Positions 55,575 through 64,000 of a stretch of DNA of 64,000 nucleotides are shown here, in pieces. Origin of the DNA: the human T2T-CHM13v2.0 reference genome, Homo sapiens. The position numbers were made by a program, and so were the translations under genes. How positions within the stretch are numbered: the stretch's first letter is position 1; each line of letters begins with the position of its first letter. Below the pieces are notes generated by a model. It searched no databases and had not been told where the DNA came from. It was given only the letters and a program-made list of their open reading frames with translations. Location of the stretch: NCBI RefSeq assembly GCF_009914755.1, contig NC_060930.1; one strand, given 5' to 3'.

Positions 55575-55812
55575 ACATTATAGTAATAACCATATGTCAA
55601 GAACCCACTGAATACCTGACACAGAAAATGGCAATTTAGATATTCTTTTTTATTCAATCATTAAAGAAATCTTAAGGTCAGTATCAATTATTCCAATTTT
55701 ACAGATAAGGAAAATTGCTAAGTAGCTTATCCAAAATTAATCACACTATTCATGTGAAGCTGAAACGGAGATCCAGATGTGATTGTACTGAGAGCCAATG
55801 CCCTTTCACTCA
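55575..55812 (-). mobile_element. MIR SINE
   Basis: ttattccaattttacagataaggaaaattg...gcttatccaaaattaatcacacta. Confidence 0.7.
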
Positions 55813-56069
55813 GCAATCGTGCCTAAGAAAAAAAAAAAACAAAAATCTACAAAGTGAAACTCCAGGGCTAGAGAGATAATGTGTTATCTTTTAGTCAAGC
55901 CCATGTTGTGATTTCATACTTTGAAAGTATTCCTCCACCCCTACTCCACTCTGAATACAGTGGTTATAAAAAAGAAATCTCTTTTTGGATAACAAAAAAA
56001 AATGGTGGAACCAAATTAAGAAAAATTGAGACAGACATCTCTGTGAACCTGAAGGGAACAGAAACAACC

Positions 56070-56104
56070 AGGAGGGAGGGAGAGAGAGAGAGAGAGAGAG
56101 AGAG
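56070..56104. repeat. (GGGA)n(AG)12 microsatellite
   Basis: Direct reading. Confidence 0.9.
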
Positions 56105-56134
56105 TATGTGTGTTGGTGAGAAGGTGTGAAAGAG

Positions 56135-56642
56135 GTATGAGGGTCATTTGCCTGTTTGTACTCAGATGCATTTCCTCCTTTTCTTTTGGTCTTATTGCAG
56201 ATTGCCATATTTCCCAGGGTTTCTTGATAGCTGGCTTTGGCTAGTTTGGGCCAGTGTAAAGCAATGGCAAGAAACTGGGTAGCAGGAGAAATAAACACTA
56301 GGGCAACGTGCCTCCTCTCTCTGCCTTACTGGCATCTGACAGTGACTGTGTCTCTCTATTTACATCTTCCTCCATCCTGCCCCAAGCTCCTGCAGACCTA
56401 TTCCCTCCATGATCCCAACTCCCATCCAGGCTGGTTCCCATGGCCCTGTGGCTTGTTTCTGATAACAGCAACTTGTTCTCATGCCTCCTCAGTCATAGGA
56501 AAGACATCATCTTCTCACTGTTGGTAATTTCTGTTATGATTTACTGTTCAACTTCTCAACTCATCTGTGTAACCAGTTATCTGAATCAAATGTGATCTCT
56601 GAAATAACTGGAGTGATTGCATTTTCAGGGTACTGACTGATA
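56135..56642 (+). mobile_element. ERVL LTR (LTR33-family-like)
   Basis: atttcccagggtttcttgatagctggcttt...tgtaaccagttatctgaatcaaat...gaaataactggagtgattgcatttt...tactgactgata. Confidence 0.55.
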
Positions 56643-57859
56643 TGTATGAGGTGGTAGAGAGTGGTGGGGAGAATAAAAGGTACAGCCATAGGTGCATTGG
56701 TTTATGAATCCAAAAACCACAGGAATTTTAAGTGATACACATTACACAAATAAAAGTGTTCCCTATTCATTGGAGGGATTAAAGAGACTGTAAGAAGATG
56801 ATTCGTAGATGACATTATCAAAATGCCAAACTAATCACTATGTGAGAACCCAAAGTCAACAATAAAAAACATGGTGCTGGAACAGAGGTCCCAGGATGGG
56901 GGAGGAGCTAAATTGAGGGAACTGTAAACTAGGGAGGGATAAACAGAGGAGAAGAGAGAGAGGGAGAGAGAGAGAGAGAAATAAAATATGCATATCAGAA
57001 CTAGCTTACCCAGATGAGCATCAAAACTAAGATTTCAAACTATTAGAACTAAATAATACTAAGAAAGAGTGCCTGCAAACTCAGGATGTTACTCTCCTAC
57101 AACAAAATGAGAGAAAAAATACAACAATCTCATAAGGACTATTATAGAATTAAGATCATTAAAAAAATAAGAATAAGATCAATTTAAAAGAAAATTATGG
57201 AAAAAAATGGAGGATTATAAAACTAGAAGTGATACTTATGAAAAATAACAATCAGTAGAAACAATAAGCATCTTACCCTCTACCAAAATCTTGAGATTTC
57301 AGAATTACCAAACACATATTTCAAAACAAATATAGTGACCATGTTTGATTCTACTTCATTGGGTAGATCCAGACAAATTGAGCATACTGTAAAGTTTTCT
57401 CCTTCCGATTTGGCCATACAGCTGGTCAATTTATTAGGATAATGACAGCAACCAATTCATATTGGTGGACTTTCCAGTCTACTCATTTAACCAACTAAAT
57501 GTGATGTGAGTACATTTTTTAGATTTCAAATGGACATGGATGACATATCATGAATGCTGCTTTGAAAAAAGTTCAAGTTGAAATCGACCCAACTGTGTGT
57601 TAAGCTGTTAACATTTGAGGATTTATTGTTTATTCACTTACACATTGTAGAAAATAATGGGCTGACTTCTATTTTTATTTGTTTATTTATGCCTTAACAC
57701 AATCCTGGCACCGCCTATGGATACTATGATGGCCACCTCTGTGCAGAGAGGCTTGGCAATCTATTTACATAAGAGTCATGGTTGGGATCCTCAATTTTCA
57801 CAATGAATATATCAATTCTATCGTTTACTTTATTCTAGTGAATAAATAGAATTTCTATT

Positions 57860-59480
57860 GATCAGCAACACAGAATACCTGGATTCCAAGCATATCTTTT
57901 CAATTGACCTAAATAAAACAATCAAGAGATAAGATAGTTCTAATTGATGTGACAAACTCTGTATGTGCCTTGGAAGCAAATAATGTGCCTTTTTACCAGG
58001 AGAATGACCATTCACAAGATTTAATTATATATTGACATAGAAAAAAATCGATACGTGTAAAACAACAGAAATGATACAGGTAGCATACTCGGATCACAAT
58101 GCAAAACAAGCAGAAATAGCCAAATTGAAAAGTAACAAATACTGGCCCTTTGAAATAAAAAAGTAAAAACTTTCCTTAAATGACAACAGAAAATTTAAAC
58201 CAAAATGGAAGAATAGTTAGAATATGACATGAAAATATACATCTCAGAACCTATGAAATATAGCTAAACAATTGCTTATGGAAAGTCTCAGCATAAATAG
58301 TTACATAATGAATTGACCATTTGCCACAAGTAGGTGGGAAAAGAACAGAATAGTCTCAAGGAAAGGAGAAGGAATATAATAGTAAGAGAAAAAAAAAGAA
58401 ATTAATAAATTAGAAAATGAAAATAATTGAACTGCTGAATAAATCCATGAACAAGTTTTTTTTTAACTACATAAATAAAAAATCTAATCAATAAAAAAAA
58501 AACAGGAGAAAGTACAAATCCACAAATAAAAATTGACGAGGGGGAAACAACTACAGATTAAGAAAAAACTAAAAGGATCATGTGATATATTTAACCCTAT
58601 TCAAATAATTTTGCACATCTTGATAAAATGGAAGATTTTCTAGAAAAGCATAAATTTCCAAAACAATTTCCAGAAGATAAACAAATGTAAACGGTTCATT
58701 GTCCTAAAAGCAAGGAAAGAATTTGTATTTTGCTAACTTCTTCTCCCTCCACCCCAAAGCACTAGCCTAAGATTATTTCTTAGTGTATGGAGCAGAAATC
58801 TCTAATTTATTTAACTGTTTCAGCATATAGACGAAGAAAACAAACTTCTGAATTGCTTAATTTTTATGGCTAAACCTGACAACAGATGTCACTAAAAGTA
58901 AATTAAAAGATCACACATACGCAAAAATACATAAAATACATTGACAATTAATTTTTATTTACTCCTCTTAGCCCTTTGATAGATTTAGTAGAGAAAGATT
59001 ACTAAGAACCCTATGTCTATTTTTGTGAGTGTTTGACTTTGATTTTGCTTTAGGAATGTCAATGCTATGTTTTTAGTTAATAGATACTCACAAGTGTCAT
59101 GTTTTCATTGAAGAATGCAATATTTATTATCACTAAAGATTCTTTTTTGTCCCATTTAATACTTGTGCCCTGTTTGTAACCATTCTGATATAATGGTATT
59201 TGAATTGTTATGGTACGTCATTGTCTATTCTATAATTTTCAATCTTTCTGAATCACTGTGTGTTAAATAAGTCTGCTGTTACTGTTGGTTTTGCTTGTGA
59301 TCCAATCTGATAATGCTTTTCTCTTAATATTAGGAAAGATTAGGTCATTTGCATTTACTGATAGTGTATACATGTTTTTTCTTAGTTGTGACTTCATACT
59401 TCATATTATGTTTTCTATTTTATAGTATATTTTAACCTTCTTTTATACTTTGATATTCTGTTCAAGCTATATTTTTCCCA
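57860..59480. mobile_element. Old L1M ORF2 pieces: sense ~57860-59005, antisense ~59010-59480
   Basis: A-rich ORF2-like block (gatcacaatgcaaaacaagcagaaat, ctcagaacctatgaaatatagctaaa, gataaaatggaagattttctagaaaag) followed by a T-rich antisense endonuclease-region-like block (gatccaatctgataatgc). Confidence 0.65.
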
Positions 59481-59689
59481 GCTCTGGAATTTCATTTATT
59501 TGTACTATTTTGGATTTACTGTCAAACACTGCTTGAAATATGGAATAAGAAGGCATATTGTGGAATAATAAGACAAATAGTTACTTACATGGATTAATGT
59601 GTGCATAGAGAGTATACCATATTCAAATACATGTAACCATTTTTAAATTTCTCTGTCAAACATACATTTTTACATTGCCTATGTAAACA

Positions 59690-59895
59690 TGGTTGAAGAG
59701 GCAATTCTATAATTGGAAAAACAAAAATCACTGGAGTAAGATTCAGAAGACTTGGGTTCTTATTCTGGTTTCAAACTGTACTATCCAGAATACTTTGAAG
59801 GATGTCATTAAGCTTCTCTGTAATATTTTTTAAAATGCCTTCCTTGTTTCTTTTATGGTAAGACATTAAAGACATCAACATTGTGAAAGTTTTTT
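59690..59895 (+). mobile_element. MIR fragment
   Basis: tcactggagtaagattcagaagacttgggttcttattctgg. Confidence 0.6.
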
Positions 59896-61034
59896 AAAGA
59901 GAAAATATTTTAGAATATATTTTTAGAAATAGCTCTAATTTTTTTTTTAATTTCTCAAATGATCACCTAAAACAACAAAATTAGAAATCAAAACATTAAC
60001 CTTGACATTAAGAGTGAATCTGACTTGGAAATATTCACCTAGACAAATTTGCAAAAATGAAAATTGTATAAGCATCTTGAATTTTATCAGGTCAGTAACC
60101 CTCTTCTGGCGATTTTGACATTTGCTCAGTCAGAGGTCACCCTGACTGTGCATATAATCTGCATAAATGCTTCTGGTGACTTTCAAGTACAAGTAGCAGA
60201 AGGCACCTGATGATCACGACAATGAAAGCATGTCATTGAGTCTGTTACGCAAGGACAGCAGGTGGCTTGGGATTTGGAAAGTTATAGGGTAGGAGGTCCT
60301 CAGTCATTTAGGGTTAGTCTCGGGGCTGCAAGAAGAGGGTACATATATCGCAATATGAAAATAAAATAGCAAACATCCCTCACACGAAAGAGAAATCAGA
60401 AGATGGGCCGGAATGCTAAATGTAATGTGAGCTTAGCTGATGTCTGGGCTAATACGTCATCCTTCTGTCCTTTGTTGTGCCTCAAAATAGAAAACAAAGG
60501 CCATCCGCACCTCCTGTGCAACAATCTAAATCTACATTAATTTACAATCTCAGTCCCCCTGTCACCTAGGAACCTCATAAGCATAAATCATTGCTGTAAT
60601 GTTACTGTAAATAACAGCTCACTGGGCTGTTGTTGATTCATTGACTCCTGTCTGTTTCTAACAACAGGCCATTTCATGACACAGGGGATCTCCATAGGAG
60701 CACAACAGAAAGCTATAAGTATCTCTAACAGTACATATCACTGCACTTTACATGTAAGGCAAGGCCGTTCTTCCAGATAAGAATAATACAAAATGGTTTT
60801 TAAAGGTCAATTAAACTAATTGGCTATAATAACTGGAAAACTGTTGTATTTTGTAAATTAGCAAATGTACAAAAAAACCATATACCTTAAAAGACACAAG
60901 ATGTTCCATTCAAATAAAAATTGAAAAATTCTACTAAAGGAGAGAGAGAAGTTGGCAATGTTTTACTGTCTTCTAAGTGCACTTAGATCTGCTCTCTTTT
61001 TGAATTTAAATGGCAAAACTGTCAAGTATGTGTT

Positions 61035-61165
61035 ATGTTCTTATTGCACAGGTGAAAAAACTGAGGAACAGAGAGATTAAGTATGTTTCCTAAAACCACT
61101 CAGCTAGAGAACTGCAAATACAAGATTCAAACTTAGATTTGTCCTTCTAGAACACTATTTCCTCT
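61035..61165 (-). mobile_element. MIR fragment
   Basis: acaggtgaaaaaactgaggaacagagagattaagt...cactcagcta...gattcaaacttaga. Confidence 0.7.
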
Positions 61166-61398
61166 GAGGGCCTATTATATAAGAGGTACAAGACAATTGA
61201 TGACAGTTTTTAAAAAATAACACCAAACCTATAACACTATCTTAAAAGTTAGCAGATTAGAGTCCACAAATAAGTACAAGACAAAATATCAGGGGGAGGG
61301 TATTAAAGATTGTAGTGAGGAATTAGAATAAAGTAAATATCAAATTTGATTTGCAAATATCAGAGAAGAGTTCATGAAGAAGATGGTATTTCAAATAG

Positions 61399-61702
<304 letters not shown>

Positions 61703-63078
61703 AAAAATTAGAAGAATGTTGTCAACAGAAACTTTATCATTAAATATACTGTATAAACTATTAAATCAGATATGCTATTTACTTTCTCTTTTATAGATAC
61801 ATGGCAAAAGGTTAACATTTTACATTTTGTGTTTTGTGAATGAAGTTAAATCTTTGGCAAATGAGGGATCGCTACAGGTAGTATTTATTAACCCTATACT
61901 TAAACATGCCTGGGGAAGTTTATTTAGACATTCTACTAAAAAATCTGGGTTACCATATTTGTATCTTAGCCAAATTTAAAGTAATAAATCCATTCTTGTT
62001 TATGAACAAATACCAAACATTTTCAACAAACCTACCATGAAGAACTTAGCATAAATGTATGCCAATTCAAGTTCTGAGGTATGTATTACAGTTTGTACAT
62101 ATTTAACACCTGGACAACTTGTTGACATGTATTCTCAGGAAATTTCTCCAGCAATTTAAAATTCAAATTCTGTGTCAAAGTTCTGGGATTAAGACTGGAC
62201 TCAAAAGACGTCAACAAACCGGGTAATCTTTAGGACGGTGGGCCAAATTCTTACACACATCTGCTACAGACATTAGGGAAAGGGATCAGACTTCAGTGGA
62301 AGGTGACCTTGAGTGATGTGGAGCAGCACTTGTCCTCAAATCTACTGTTAAATTCATTTAAAGCTGACTTAAACCACGTAAGAATTCAAAACTTGTATTT
62401 CGGGATTGTGAATGAATAATGTTTTTCTGCATCTATAGGAATCCCTCCACAAAAATATGGATAAATGAAGGCAGAGCCATCTACTTGGTGTTCTCATGAC
62501 TGGGACCACAGTACTTTCCAAAAAAAGTCCATACTATGGTTGGTATATTTCTATTTATTAGAGAATGTTTTCTCCTATTTAACTTTTTTGTTTTGATCAT
62601 GATTTCTTACCTGCTTTAGTTTTAGAATAAACTATATTTTGACTTTCTACTCAGAGTAGGTTTATTTTCTGTTTTATTTCATCTTTTATTTTTCTCATGT
62701 GTTGTTTTTAAAAATATCTTTTTCATTGATGCAACAATAATATTGCCTCTTAATCACAAAAGAAGTCTATTTTTTCAGTGGGTTAGGAACACATTTACTT
62801 ATGAGTTATTTCTTTGTCTCTCTATTTCAATCTCTTTAACATATACTAGAAACCAAACATTATGATAGTTGAAAGTGGCATTTAATGTTTTGAAGCACTC
62901 TGGGCAGATGAGGTACATTTTTAAAGCAAAGAGCTCCACAAGCAGGGTCTATGAACAGCACATGTGCAACAGAAGTTCCTGACCAAGTTCACATCTAAAA
63001 GTATCCTGTTTCCATTAAGAGGCCCCACTTTTGCTTTCCTGCCTCATCCTTGAGGTTCCAGAAAAACAGAACTGCCTC

Positions 63079-63366
63079 CAGTTCTGCATGACTGGGGAGG
63101 CCTCAGGAAACTTACAATCATGGCGGAAGGGAAAGTAAACACATCCACTTCACATGGCAGCAGCAAGGAGAAATGTCAAGCAAAAGGGGGAAAGCCCCTT
63201 ATAAAACCATTCAGATCTCATGAGAGCTCACTCACTATCACAAGAACAGTATGAGGGTAACCACCCCCATGATTCAATTACCTCCCACCGGGTCCCCCCA
63301 ATGTCACATGGGGATTATGGAAACTACAATTCGAGATTCCAGTGCGGACACAGCCAAACCATATCA
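63079..63366 (-). mobile_element. MaLR LTR (THE1D-like), 3' end deleted
   Basis: ggggaggcctcaggaaacttacaatcatggcggaagg...acacagccaaaccatatca. Confidence 0.9.
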
Positions 63367-63399
63367 CATGCCATTCTCATCTTTAATCTTTTTTGCATG

Positions 63400-63743
63400 T
63401 CTTGACTCATTCACCACCTATTTCAAATGGCCAACCATACTAACTATTCAGATTTCAGATTCCACATTGCCCTTCTCTTTGCTAACTTCTCTCCTCCACA
63501 CTCACACACAGTCTGAGTTAGAAGCCTGTTGTATTACTGTAGCTAACATACTACCCTTGTTGAACACTGGCATTGAAGTTGCCTATTTACTGGTCTGAAT
63601 CTCATACCTTGTGGTAGTCTCACCGAGAGAGGTGTATTTGATTGGTCTTGTTCACAATTATACATCTCAGTTTCTGGCACATGGTAAGCATGAAATAAAT
63701 ACTATTAAATGAATAGAGGAGTGAATGAATGAATGAATGAATG
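63400..63743 (+). mobile_element. L2 3' end with (TGAA)n tail
   Basis: tctggcacatggtaagcatgaaataaatac...gaatgaatgaatgaatgaatga. Confidence 0.7.
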
Positions 63744-64000
63744 ACTTTCATGCAGTATCTGTATTAAGTATGCCAGCATGATACTTTGACTTTTTATGTA
63801 ATGATTGATAGTAATTCTCCAATATACTGCTACTGCAGTAAGCAGAGAAAGAATCTATAACAATATTATGTCTTTTTAAGCAAGCTAGGTAGATCTAAGC
63901 AATTGGGAATAGGTGAAATTTCTTGTATAGCAAGGATTAAGAAAATCAGCTTTCTTGATATTTCTAAATTTACCCCTTTATTCCAGAGTCCATCTGGTCT

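Overview
AT-rich, CpG-depleted, non-coding simian primate (human-like) genomic DNA, either intergenic or deep in a large intron. The lineage call rests on AluJ/AluS, THE1/MST LTRs and MADE1. I found no protein-coding exon, RNA gene, CpG island or CRISPR array that I can support; the longer ORFs are mostly explained by Alu, L1, LTR or microsatellite sequence, and the rest look like chance. The window is a mosaic of old and mid-age repeats: L2, MIR, L1M/HAL1, L1MB, L1PA, Alu, MaLR/ERVL solo LTRs, MER2/MER5/MER33 and MADE1. Subfamily names are recalled from consensus sequences and should be confirmed with RepeatMasker/Dfam. I do not see a new biological system. The most notable signals are structural. 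(1) A near-perfect 108-bp non-transposon palindrome at 13581-13688. (2) A compound 127-bp MADE1 hairpin (miR-548 progenitor family) at 14455-14581. (3) A ~99-bp tandem duplication whose junction carries a filler copied from 2.3 kb upstream (31316-31536), next to a tail-less Alu fragment that looks copied from a neighbouring Alu. (4) A 32-bp TSD-flanked micro-insertion that looks like an extreme twin-primed L1 (9170-9229). Several smaller snap-back junctions are also present.
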